Assembly: GCA_038496445.1 (NCBI GenBank)
Contig: JALMLS010000361.1
Location: 224,385-288,384, forward strand
Reading direction: 5' to 3'
From: Trichosphaerium sp. ATCC 40318
Taxonomy: Eukaryota; Protista; Tubulinea
DNA: 64,000 bases
Shown here: positions 1-11,620 of the stretch, piece by piece
How the letters are laid out: each line of letters begins with the position of its first letter
Numbering within the stretch: position 1 is the stretch's first letter
The notes under the pieces: generated by a model
What the model saw: only the letters and a program-made list of their open reading frames with translations
Told to the model about the DNA's origin: nothing
Database searches by the model: none
Program-made: the position numbers and the translations under genes

Positions 1-298
1 CTAGGTTTAGCCACCACTTATAGTTATTGGACGCTTGTGTGGTAAGAAAGTACTAATTTTATCTGTGAAGGGTACGTATGAGACAACATTGTAACGCGCA
101 TTTAAAGCCACGCACGTTAAAATATATATTTTCCACCTTTTTGTCTTTTCGCTCTACAATGTCACGTGACTTTTTTACTGTAGTAAGCTAGTTTTGAACA
201 TATCCACCAGTAGTTCGTTTTCTTATATATGCTTGGTTCTAACCATTTTAGTCTCGACACGAAACAACGCTGAATAAAAAAACGAACTTTAAAATAGC

Positions 299-1318
299 AT
301 GTGTTCTTTGCTGGATCTACCTTGTGAACTTCAACAATACATTTGCACTTTCAATGCTGAGACTTTCACCAAGTACCATACACTATCAAAGAGAGCAGCA
401 ACCAATACACACTTTGACGAAGGATTACAAACAAAAAAAGGAAAATGGATATCATGGTACAAAAGCGGTAAAGTTTTTCGTCATGTTCATAAGAACGGAC
501 CATCTGCAACTTGGTATGAGAATGGACGCCTCAGGTCACAATTCACGATGATTAACTGGAAACTAAATGGCGTACAAAAAGAGTGGTATACGAATGGACA
601 ACTTAAAGCACAAGGCGCATGGGTTGATGATGTGAGTGAGGGAGAATATAAAAGATGGTACGAAAATGGACAACTTATGGAATGTGGTACATGTGTTCAT
701 GGCAAACTAAATGGCAAACTCAGATCGTGGTATAAAAATGGAAAAATTAAATTGCAAAGTATGTGGCTTGATGATAAAAAAACAGGAGAAGAAACCAAGT
801 GGTATCAAAACGGTCAAGTTGAGGTAAAAACCACGTGGGTTGATAACAAGAAAAATGGCGAATTCAAGGCGTGGTATGAGACTGGAGAACTCTTGCTAGA
901 AGCAATGATGGATTATGGTAAGCAAACAGGATGTCAGAACGAGTGGTATAAAAATGGACAGCTAAGTACACAGAGCATGTGGATTGATGGTAAACAAAAT
1001 GGAGAAACTAAGAAATGGTATGAAACTGGTGAAATTCAGCTTATTGCCTTTATGGTAGATGGAAAACAAAATGGTGAACAAAAAGAGTGGTATAAAAACG
1101 GACAACTTAAAGCACAAAGTATGTGGGTTGATTATGTGTGTAATGGAGAATACAAAACTTGGTATGAAAATGGACAACTTATGGAACATGGTACATGTGT
1201 TGATGGTAAACTACATGGTGAATGCAAAACGTGGTATCAAAATGGAAAGCTCAAGGAAAGGAGTATGTGGGTCAATGATATTAAAAGTGAACAGAAGTGT
1301 TTGAAAATGGAGAAATAA
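299..1318 (+). CDS. Intronless F-box-like + MORN-variant (YwqK-type) repeat protein
   Basis: 339-aa ORF; N-terminal LLDLPCELQQYICTF resembles an F-box start; about 11 24-aa repeats of the form GxxKxWYENGQLxxxxxxVDGKxx. Confidence 0.85.
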   Translation: MCSLLDLPCELQQYICTFNAETFTKYHTLSKRAATNTHFDEGLQTKKGKWISWYKSGKVFRHVHKNGPSATWYENGRLRSQFTMINWKLNGVQKEWYTNGQLKAQGAWVDDVSEGEYKRWYENGQLMECGTCVHGKLNGKLRSWYKNGKIKLQSMWLDDKKTGEETKWYQNGQVEVKTTWVDNKKNGEFKAWYETGELLLEAMMDYGKQTGCQNEWYKNGQLSTQSMWIDGKQNGETKKWYETGEIQLIAFMVDGKQNGEQKEWYKNGQLKAQSMWVDYVCNGEYKTWYENGQLMEHGTCVDGKLHGECKTWYQNGKLKERSMWVNDIKSEQKCLKMEK

Positions 1319-1557
1319 AAGTTCAAATAAAATTAATTGATATGATTGCGATTTATTTCAACAAGGTTTGACACTAGTCCCATATAGAGCATATCGTTGA
1401 GAACATAAAATAACCAACTGCAAGTACTACTACTATTCTTTAATAGTTCTGTTACAACATTGCAAAGCACAATAATTTTGTCTCCATCTCTGCAACGGAA
1501 TTAAGTGACACTGTCCCATAGTTGGGTCCGTTCATTGGTGCCATTCTTCATTGTAAC

Positions 1558-1856
1558 TTACCTCTGATATGACCATTTTCATACTACATCATATGCTCTG
1601 CAAGTTGAATGCCTTCAAGATAACTACACTGTACTTGTAGTTGGCCATTTCTGTACTAAACTTTACTATCATTTCTTAAAACCGTCAACAGCATGACTTG
1701 AGCTCGCCTTCTTTTTTACCTTTTAATACCATGCTCCATTAATTTGCCATTGGCATGAAATGTCTTGTACTCACCTGCAAGAATACCTTCGATATTGTAG
1801 CATTGTTGTAGTCGATTAGGTTAATCCCACTCTTTGTACGTTCCATGATATAAATC
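1558..1856 (-). pseudogene. Degenerate MORN-variant repeat gene remnant
   Basis: Minus strand reads DLYHGTYKEWD*, EGILAGEYKTFHANGKLMEHG, SKV*YRNGQLQVQCSYLEG..MM*YENGHIRGK; TAG sits where the repeat has Trp (TGG), and there are frameshifts. Confidence 0.75.
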
Positions 1857-2425
1857 GTGTTTGAAAGTAATCTAACAAGCAATGTACTCAACCTTTTACA
1901 ACAAAATGTTCTTTTTTTTGTTTTTTACATGATGATAGTGGAACCCCACTCTGGCTGTGGGGTAATAGTAGTTTCTTTTAAAGCGCTTGTAATGTATTTT
2001 CTCTGGTATCACCAAAGAGGCGTTTCGATACTTAACAGGTGCAGAACAACTAAGTAGGCACTCACCAGCTTACCCTCCTACGCTTGATCCATGGGCATAT
2101 GAGGATCCTCAATGCGTAACTCGCGCCATTTGTTTGGAAAATAGACTATGTTGTAAGATCCCCACTGAAAATAGTAATAAATATGAGATTGAGTGTTTTT
2201 GCGATTCCTGTAGTTACTGTCCTATCGCCGAAAACAGTTGAGCATAAGAGATTCCCAACAAGTTGCTTTAACCGATACCACTCAATATAAAATTACAAGT
2301 ATGTTTATTTCTGTAACAGTGAAGTTTTCAATACAACACAAAGAAAAGCTGTACAATCACTACAAATAAAAGAGGTAGTAGATAAAGATCTCACCCAAAA
2401 AAATATAGGGAGAAATTGAGTTTAT

Positions 2426-5400
2426 CTAATTACGTGATCTTAAACGTCGAGCAACAGGTTCATTAGACTTTGAAGCTTTAGATGCCTTTGAAGCAGTACC
2501 ACGAGTACGTCTTGTACGCTTCTGCTTGTTAGGAGAGTTTTCACTGTCATATGTAGCTAAAGAACAAAAAAATGTCAACAAGTGTGTACACAAGGTTTTG
2601 TAAGAAAAAAACAAGAAAAGAAAGAACATACCTTCGACAACTGGCTTTTTCTTCTTAATAACAACCTTCTTTTTGACACGAATAGTACGCTTTGTAGGTG
2701 GTTTTACTTGTTTAGGAGCTTCTTTTTTTGTTTCTTCCTCTTGAGGCTCAGCAACAGGTTTTTTCTGCAAATAAAGGTTAGTTTAAGGTATGGTAAAAAG
2801 CTGGTTAAGTTCGTTGTACATACCATTCGTCTCCTGATACGAATAATACGTCTTGGGCGTCTGGTTTCTTTTTTAGGCTCTGGTGATGCCTCTCTTTCCT
2901 CGGATTCTTCTTCGGAAGCTTCAATAGGTTCAGGAGTTGGCGTTTCTTCAACGACCTCCGTTTCTGTTGTTTCTGTTGGAGTAGCTTCTTTCGCAACTTC
3001 CTCATCTTCTTCGATTTCTGCTTTAGAAGATTCCTCAACAACAGAAGCTTCTTCGCTAGCATCATTGGCATCAATCACATCAGTTTCTTGTTCGGTTTGT
3101 TCAACTTTTTCTACTTCGGTTTCCTCAATTTCTTCAGCAGGTTCGGCATCTTCAGCACATTCAGCTTCAGCATCTTGCTCTTCAACGGCATCAGTTTCCT
3201 CAAGCTGTTCGACTTGCGATTCATTTGCGTTATCGTCATTTACAACGGCTTCTTCCATAGAAACATCAGCAACATCAGCTGCATCAAGCTGTGATTTAAC
3301 AACCTCGCTAGGAAGATAGTTAGAAACAAAACCGGTCACGTGAAATAAAAATAGTTACCCTTGTTCTTGTTCAATAGCATCAAACAAAGATGGTTCTTCA
3401 ATGGCATCTACGAACTCTTCAGCTTCTTCTTGTGGTTCTTCTTGGGAATCATTAGAAACTATAACCTCAGCATCAGAGAAGCTAGAATCAACCATCTCAT
3501 CAGCAGAAAAATAACAAGATTCGTCATTAACATCAGCTTCCAATTTAGCGTTTTCGTCAACATTGCTGCTTTCGATGACTTCGTCACCCATTTCAGATTC
3601 CATAGGTGTTTCGTCAACAACATCCTCAGCACATTCTACAGGCTCGGCGATTTCTGTTTCGGTTTCGACGGTTTCGACAGGTTCGGTAGCCTCAATAGCT
3701 TCTACAACTTCAGCTGCTTCTTCTGCTTCTTCTGGAATGTCGTCAGCAATTTCTTTGGCAGGTTCTTCTACTGGGGCTTCTTTAGGTGTTTCCTGGATCC
3801 AAATTATTAATTTGCAAAGCGACTAAGCAAACAGCAGAACAACGTACATCAACATTGGCAGTAACTATCTCAATAATTTCGGATTCAGGTGCGACAGCAG
3901 TAGACTCATCAACTTTCTTAATCTCTTCAATAGGTTGCTCTGGAGAAGCGTCAGTGGTTTCTTCAGGTTGAGCCTCGGCAATCTCGACATTGTTGACAGG
4001 TTCAGATGTGGCAGTTTGTTCATTTTCTGGCTCTTGCATAGGCTTGGCTTCAAAGCGGATCTCCTTATCAGGAGAGCGGTGTAAGGCAGTTGGTGGTCTG
4101 ATGGTTTTTTCAGGAGTAGAGTGAGAAACTGGTGCGCTTGGTTGCGAAACAACTAGGGTAAAAGAATAAGAATAAAGAAAAGAAAAAACACTTGACTAGC
4201 TTTGCAAGTCTAACTGACAATCACATACCTCTAAAAGGAGATGGCTCACTATCTTTGAAAGCAGTAGATATATGTGGAGGACGAACCTAGTTATTAAAAG
4301 TAAGTAAAAATAGAATGTGAAGCGCTTACTTGTCTTGGTTGTGTTGGTTGTGTTGGGAATACAGCGGTAGCTGGTTTTGGAGCTTGCATTACTACAGGAT
4401 CTTGATTTTCGTCATTAGCTTTTGCGGCTCTGGCGGCTTTAGCAGCAGCCATGAGCTTACGCTTACGTGCGCGTATGGCCAATTGTGTGGCAGAGAGACC
4501 AGTTTTCTTTGGCTTGTTTCTGGCATCCAACTAGAAATTAAAAGAATAAGATCACGATTGTCAGTTCCGCGAAAGTACGCACACGTGATTTTACGGAAGG
4601 ATCCAGCTTCTGGTTGATAGATTCTTTGAAGGCAGGGAAGGTACTTTGGTAGTAAGTATAAAAGAGTAAAGCCTCACGTCGGACTGGGGCCTGGTGCAAA
4701 ATGTAAGTCGAAACTACTTTTTAAAGTATTCGTACGATCTTGTCAGCAAGACCTGCGGCAATACTCTGCTCCAAAATATTCTTATCAATAGATCGCAATA
4801 AGCGTTCTTGCATTGTAGCTTTTTCACCTGCGAAGCTCTGGTGTAGGTAGTGCAAGCATCTATTGAAAGTTATTAGTACAAATATAAAAAAAAAAAACTA
4901 AGTTCGTTTTTATTTTGGCGGGATTTATCACGTGCGCAGGTATTAAAAAAACGGTTTGAATATTTGAAAACTTTTCAGAGTATCAACGCTTACCTTGCTC
5001 TTACACGACCGTGTTTGAAAGCACAACCCATTGTGAGTTCTTCAAAGTAAGTACCAAGGCGAAGTGCTTTTACAATGCGTGCAAGACAGTTATCAGCTGC
5101 CTTCCAGAAGACTTCCTTTGTCTTGGCTAGTACACTGAATATGTGTGGTGCAATATCTAAAGAATAAACGCATAAGCACATGAACAGTGTAAACGAAACT
5201 ACAAAGACACAGAAAGTTGAAAAAAAAAGAAAGCACGCAATTACCTTCTAGGATATCTGTGGCCTTATCTTTCATCTTTTCAAATACGAAGGCAACGGTA
5301 TCCAGAGCCTTTTTAGCAACAACAGAACGTAAACTTGTCACCTGATAATAATCAGTGAGTCTCTAAAAGAGAAATGTTTCAAAAAAAAAACTAACCGCTT

Positions 5401-5915
5401 GGTTAAGGTGCTTCTGAAGTGTCTCGTGAATGGCCAAAGCGCATCTCGCAGAGTTTGTAAGAGCGAATTTTGCAAACATTGCGCGAAGGTCATCTAGAGC
5501 TTCAACTTGTTTTGTCCATGGTTCTGTCTCAGCAAACACTGTACCAATACGTACAACCTCGCGTTCTAGGTGTACCTACAACAAAAAAAAGTTAAATTAT
5601 TTGATTTCCCTCCAAAAAGGTTAACGGTCGTTTACGTACTTGCTTTGGATTTATAGCTAGACTGTTAGTTCGTCGGCGATCCCAACTACCGCCAAGATCG
5701 AGTTGAGTTGTCATCCTGCGTGATGTAGGTCCAGGAATACGTGATACGCGTCTGTTACGCTGTAATGGGCCAGGAGTACGAGCTACTTGAGGAGTTCTTT
5801 GTTTAAACGTTCGAACTCTGTTAGATTGGTTTGTTGGGCTTAGTATTCTACTCTTGAACTTGTTTGTAGATTTAGGGGTTAGAAAAGGCGTCTGTAGGCC
5901 GGAAGAGGCGTCCAT
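2426..5915 (-). CDS. CLASP-N/TOG-domain protein with long acidic E/A/P-rich C-terminal region (multi-exon)
   Basis: Exons give EPWTKQVEALDDLR..., SLRSVVAKKALDTVAFVF, KTKEVFWKAADNCL, FKHGRVRAR (TOG/HEAT motifs of CLASP N-terminus); basic N-terminus; acidic low-complexity region 2700-4150; basic C-terminal tail. Confidence 0.7.
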
Positions 5916-6218
5916 GTTGTAAAGTGTTTGTATTTTGTAACGGCTACAAAAAAATCAACGAAATTCTAGCGGTAATTTGGCTTAAATTCGTGGGCAGTGT
6001 AACACAGCTTAGTTTTGTACGTAGTGCAACCAATTTTGGTACAACGTTTGTTGTATTACTCACGTTAAAACTTGTAATTTATCCAATTGTTTTAAAGTGA
6101 CCTGTTTGCTAATGGTACGCGTAGGGGGTGCAAAATAATGACAAATTGTACTTTTGTGACATTTCGTTTGAATACACAGCCAAACATACAACACTTACAC
6201 TAAAACCCTGACGCCTCG

Positions 6219-8688
6219 ATGATTTTGAGGACATGTAAACTTAAACAAAAGCAAAATGTAGCTGGATTACCACAACAACGTACAGTAAACGCTAAAGCGT
6301 GTAATAATGCGTCAGTAGAAGTATCCATCAGAACACGTCTTTTTTCTGCCAAACATGGGCATATTTATACACCGTACGAACTTGCCGCAATGCTTTACGC
6401 TACCAGTTTGTCTTGAAAATACAGTTTTGGTGTCATGTCATTCCAAAGTATTAATCAATTCCTAGGCAAGGACCAGCCTCTCAGAGCTCCTCAACGTTAA
6501 CAACAGATGCCAACACGCCTTCTTTAGCTACCCATAAAGCCGTAGGTAGTGTTCCTGAACGCCCTTTCAAGCGTGTTCCAATGGGATTCTGGAATGATAG
6601 TGCTAATCAACGTAAACGTTTTGATGAGTTTGGCGTCATACTTAATGTAAAGACATTGGATGCTTGGTACCACGTGCTAGCAGACGACATATTAAAATTA
6701 GGAGGTAGAGGTATACTGGCAAAGTAAGGAAAATACGCCAAGCTAGAGATGCGTTAACTGATAGAACTTTAGGTACGATGGATCACTTGTGAAGACTTTA
6801 GCAGTGATTTATGATTGTTTCGAATGGGTTCAATGGAAGTTTGAGTGAGTATTCTTCAAGGTTTGTATGAACTAATAGGGATATAGTTTGACGTCTCCAT
6901 TGTTCTGGGAGTCCGAAGAGAATCATAGGTTATGGATGGATGATGCTGGTAATATGTTAGGCGTGATGACTTTGGATGATTGGAAAAATATATCAGAGCT
7001 TCATTTGCGCATTTTCTATGGCTGGCAGATAATAATGAGCAAGTACGGTGCTCGAAGTGGACATGTTTTTAAGTGATTTTAACAAGTTTACACAGGTATA
7101 ATAACGACCTTATAACTGCTCTTAAGTCTATTTTCCATTGGGACAAGTGGTACTCTGTGAAATTCAGGTACATTTTTTTGAATGTTTTTTTTTTACCGTT
7201 TTGGATTCTGTTAATGTTGTGTGTTAGGTACATGTTCTTTGATAGGAAGTCTGAAGTTCCGGCAAAATTCAAGTACGATTGATTAGTGACCGTAAAGGAT
7301 GTAAATTGGTAATTGATTATAAAGGAAGCATGCCAAGGGTTTACGAGTAAAACGGAAATTAAGGGCTAAACAAAACTTGGGTTTACAAAATGATACTGTG
7401 CAACCAAATGCTTCTGACTTGGTTCTTTTTAATCAAAGAGAGACGTTCAACGATATTGCACGTGCTTTGGATGTGAAGATATTAGATGGATGGTACAATG
7501 TAACAAGACGGAGTATAGAAAACAAGGGAGGAGGTCATATAATCATGAAGTAATCCTTTTTGTTTTTCGTAGTTTTGTGAGTACTCAAGTTGATTTAGAC
7601 ATGGCGGATCAATTGCTGTTACTTTAGAGAATCTTTATCCATCACATAAATGGGTAAAGGATAAGTTCAGGTAAAGAAAAAACAGCATTTAAGTTTAGAA
7701 GCCCAAAAGTTGATTCCACTTTCAGAGAGGCTTTGAAGCAGCGTACATCAGGGCATAGGCAACGATGGAAAAAGATTGATGATGTTGTTATTTTCTTCAA
7801 ATCAGTTGCTGAAAAGTTTGGCATAACAGAACCTGACATGTGGTAAGTTGGGTCAAATACAAGAAGCATGTAGTAAAATTTTATTGTTTTTTAGGTACCG
7901 TGTTTCAAGAGCACAACTTATAACACTTGGAGGAATAGGTATTCTTAATTTTTGGCCAAGAATCCTTGAAGTACTTTATCCAGAACATAAATGGAAATCA
8001 AAGAATTTTGAAGAACGTGATAAACGTTCAATGCAAAGGTAATTTTATTGAACTGGCTGTTTAGTTTTCTGAGTTTTTTCTTCTTTGTGTTCTGTTTAAG
8101 TTTAATTGCGTTTTAGATGGCTTGGTCAATGTACACGGGAAGTATTTCCACAACGTGATATTATTGAGGAATACTACCTATGCTCTAGACAACACTTACA
8201 CCGAAAATCTCAAGTTTCTTTGGATATTTTCATTCCCAGTATCAACCTTGGTTTGGAGTATCATGGTCAACAGCATTACTATGATATTATGGGTAGGTTC
8301 GGTCCTGCATCAGTTCAAGAGAATAGAGACTTGGATAAATGGCAAAAATGTAGAGAATTCGGTAAGAGACTGTTTTATGTTCGTTTAAAAAAACGTCTAG
8401 TTTTGTACATCCTTTTCTTTCTAACCAAGTTACATTTCAGGTATTACACTTGTAACAATTCCTTATTGGTGGCAAGGAGATACAGAAAGTGTAGCAGCTA
8501 CAATAAATTTCTACAGGTTAGCGCAAGCTTATCAATAAAAAAATAATCAGTCAACCTTATTATTCCATAGGCCGGATTTGGGATTATCCTTTCCCAAAGA
8601 TGTTGAACCTCTACATCAAGATCATATAAAGAAATCTAGTGCTATATCACTTATGCTTCCTAAGCTAGAACAAGGATATGTCTTGTAA
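6219..8688 (+). CDS. W-rich ~70-aa tandem repeat protein with C-terminal Vsr/DUF559/RAP-like nuclease domain (paralog 1, 4 repeats)
   Basis: Spliced model: PMGFWNDSANQRKRFDEFGVILNVKTLDAWYHV..GGRGILAKYDGSLVKTL..EWVQWKF repeats; C-terminus IIEEY..LDIFIPSINLGLEYHGQQHYYD..RDLDKWQKCREFGITLVTIPYWW; GT-AG introns keep frame; TAA at 8686-8688. Confidence 0.85.
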
Positions 8689-8930
8689 TGACACTATGAC
8701 ATATTTGAAAAAAAAAAATGTGCTGAGTTGATCTCTTATGTATCTGCACACTGTAAATTACCATGATAAAAGCGTAGCGCTTCGCTTTGTCAGTTTTGTA
8801 AGTTGTTTTGAAAAGTTTTTCTCGGAGAGAAAGGTGGTACTCACTTCGCTTGTTTACGTACTAATTAACAGTATTTGAGTTGATTCTGACTTAATATCCT
8901 ATTAGCTCCTCTTTTTTATTGTCTTTTGCG

Positions 8931-11376
8931 ATGCAAGTCACACGAGAAACATTTGCGCGTGTCCTACCTGACATTAAAAGGGCTATAAAAAGATGTGACT
9001 TTGTAGCAGTTGATCTTGAAATGACAGGCCTATCGAACACTCACGAGCGGCCGAGCACATTCGAAACGCTAGACGAGCGCTTCTCGCGTGTTCGTACCTC
9101 TGTTTCGCAATTTGTACGTGTAACCGCTAGACGTTTGTTTAATTTTGCTAGTTTCCTTGCCAACTGGGTGTATGCACCTTCACATGGGACAAACGCAAAA
9201 AAAAGTACGTTTCCAAGCCTGTTTTTGAAGAAATTGCTTTGAAAAACGTCCTGCGGTGACGCGTACTTCTTTTTTACTCAGTCCTACACTTATTGACCCT
9301 ATTTAGATTCGTTAGTAGACCATTCAATTGCTATGTATTTCCAAGGAGTTACAAAGGCATAGAGCGTTGTTACATGAGCGCGGCAAGCTCTATCGAGTTT
9401 TTAGCAAGCCACAAGTTTGATTTTAACAAGTGTATGTATGAAGGTACAGAAACGGGTTCTATACACGAAAAACGTATTGTACAATGGTTTTGAACGTCTT
9501 TTTAAGGAGTGTCATTCTTGAATGAGGCAGAAGCAAAACACTTGAAGAGAGCTCACGAAAACCGTCTTAGCAAGGTGCCTGATGTATCATATGGCGGAGC
9601 AGACAAGGAATATGTCGATGAAGTCATGTACGAAAGTTTTTCATTCTCCCAATTTGGATGACTTACTTATTCTTTTCAAAAAGGGATAAAATACAGACCT
9701 TCTTGGACACCACTGATGAACCTCATCTCGATCTTGAGCATGCTAATGGATGGAAGAGAAAGTTGATACACCAAGAAACAGCAAATAGGTACTTCACGTG
9801 GTATATCACGTGATTTTTTGATGAAAGAAAGTCACGTGAAAACGCGTTTTTCTAACTTGTTTATGTCGTATTTGAAGATTTAAAAATGCTGTTACTGAGA
9901 CGATTAAAGTCGAGAACTCTTTCAAACAATACATCCGTGTTGTACGCTGTGACGGTAAAGAAAAAGAAAGAAAACATAGAGAAAAAGTTAAAGGACTTGA
10001 GGACGAGTTCAATGAAGCTTATGGTGTTTCAGCTGTACGTAATTAGTATCAGTATTACTGTTTGTGTCGCGTAATTTATCTACTGCATATTTAGCCTATT
10101 CAGTGTATTAACAGTTGTGTGTAGATTATGGATTGCATAAAAGAAAATAAAAAACCTTTATTGGGACATAATATGTTGTTCGATCTATGTCATATTCATC
10201 ATCACTTTTGTAAGTCTCTTCCACTTACAATGGATGACTTTAGAAAATCAATTCATGAAATGTTTCCAGTGTACGCGTTTTCTCCAAATAAAAAGAAACA
10301 AGCAAGCAAAGGTACTCCAACTAACAGCTTGAAGCATTTTCGATACAAAACACTTGGCATCAACCCATCCTGCTCTTACAGTACGTCTTAATCTATTAAG
10401 CTATTTTTAATGTAAAAAAAGAGTTTGGAATCTACAGCACTTGGACCATTAAGCGAGCTACTAGCGGAAAGTTTGGAAGATGGTGAAAAGTTTTCTGGTA
10501 CCCGTCTCCTAATTACAACGCGTTAACTCATATTTCTTTGCACTTTAGTACTTGCAAAGGATTTTACAGCCTATGGCGATAAAGAAGAAGGAGATGATAC
10601 ACCAGCAGCTTACCATGAAGCTGGATATGATGCATTGGTAACAGGAAACGCATATATTGGAATGATTCAGCGTATAACGAGTATGTTAAGAAACCAAAAA
10701 CCAAAAAAAAATTCTATCTCTTTTTTAGAAGCAACAAAAGTACCTATTGTGCCGACTGATAAGTTGTTGTCATCATATGTGAATACATTACATCTTATGT
10801 TCTATGACTCCCCATTATACCTTGTAGGCGAACAGCGTAAGTAGTGAAGCCCGAATTCTTCTCAAAACCAAGAACATTTTTTTGTTCGTTTCCATTATGT
10901 TTATTCAAGTTTTTTAGGCGATGTTGACAGATCAGGCACTTTTTATGTTACTGGTTTGACGACAAATGATTCTACAAGAGATATTATGAGCCACTACCAG
11001 AAATATGGTAAAGTCTACGTAAGATGGATAGACGATGTGTCATGTTTTATCAAATTTCTTGAGTACGTTTCTTTTTGAAAAACTAAGAAAAAATGCTGTT
11101 TCTAATGACTTTACACTCAGTGACTCGTTTACTGATGAAAACAAACAAAAAATGTTCGACAACAATGACAAGTCTGCTTATAATGTAGCAGACTATGAAA
11201 AATACGTTGCAAAGCAACTAGGTACGAACTCAGCATTAGTAATTAACTAAACGTGACGAACTGATTTTTTTCAATAAAAAGACAAGAAACGCAAACCAGA
11301 AACTGACCTTGACAGAGAAGAATCGAAGCGTCAAAAACAAAGACAAAGAGAGTTTCCTGAGTGTATTATATTATAA
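8931..11376 (+). CDS. PARN: Poly(A)-specific ribonuclease (CAF1/DEDDh family)
   Basis: MQVTRETF..DFVAVDLEMTGL, SRPFNCYVFP, SSIEFLASHKFDFNK, LLGHNMLFDLCH, FDTK, YHEAGYDALVTG; RRM-like segment near 10920-11040; last exon ends FPECIIL*. Confidence 0.9.
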
Positions 11377-11620
11377 AGGAAGAACATATAAGGGCTACAT
11401 AAGACTACGATAATAAAATAAAGCAAACACAAAAAAGGTCTTTTAAATGGACTTCAATCAAAAAACTCGTTTAAAGTTACCCGAGACTAGACCACCTTCT
11501 ACTGAACCACATGGCACTTGAAGACTGGTTCAAAAAACGCAAACAAGTATTTGTCTTGCCTTAATACCTCCACGCGGAAATCTTGGCGTGCAGGTCTTTG
11601 TTTATTCTTTTTTTTTTGTT

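Noticed and set aside
299-1318. Bacterial toxin-antitoxin (YwqK) system
   Set aside because: The repeat type is shared, but there is no toxin partner or operon; the context is eukaryotic with an F-box-like N-terminus.
2582-3971. Long Ser-rich plus-strand ORFs (245 aa, 149 aa and others)
   Set aside because: Antisense shadows of the Glu/Ala-rich exons of the minus-strand CLASP-like gene.
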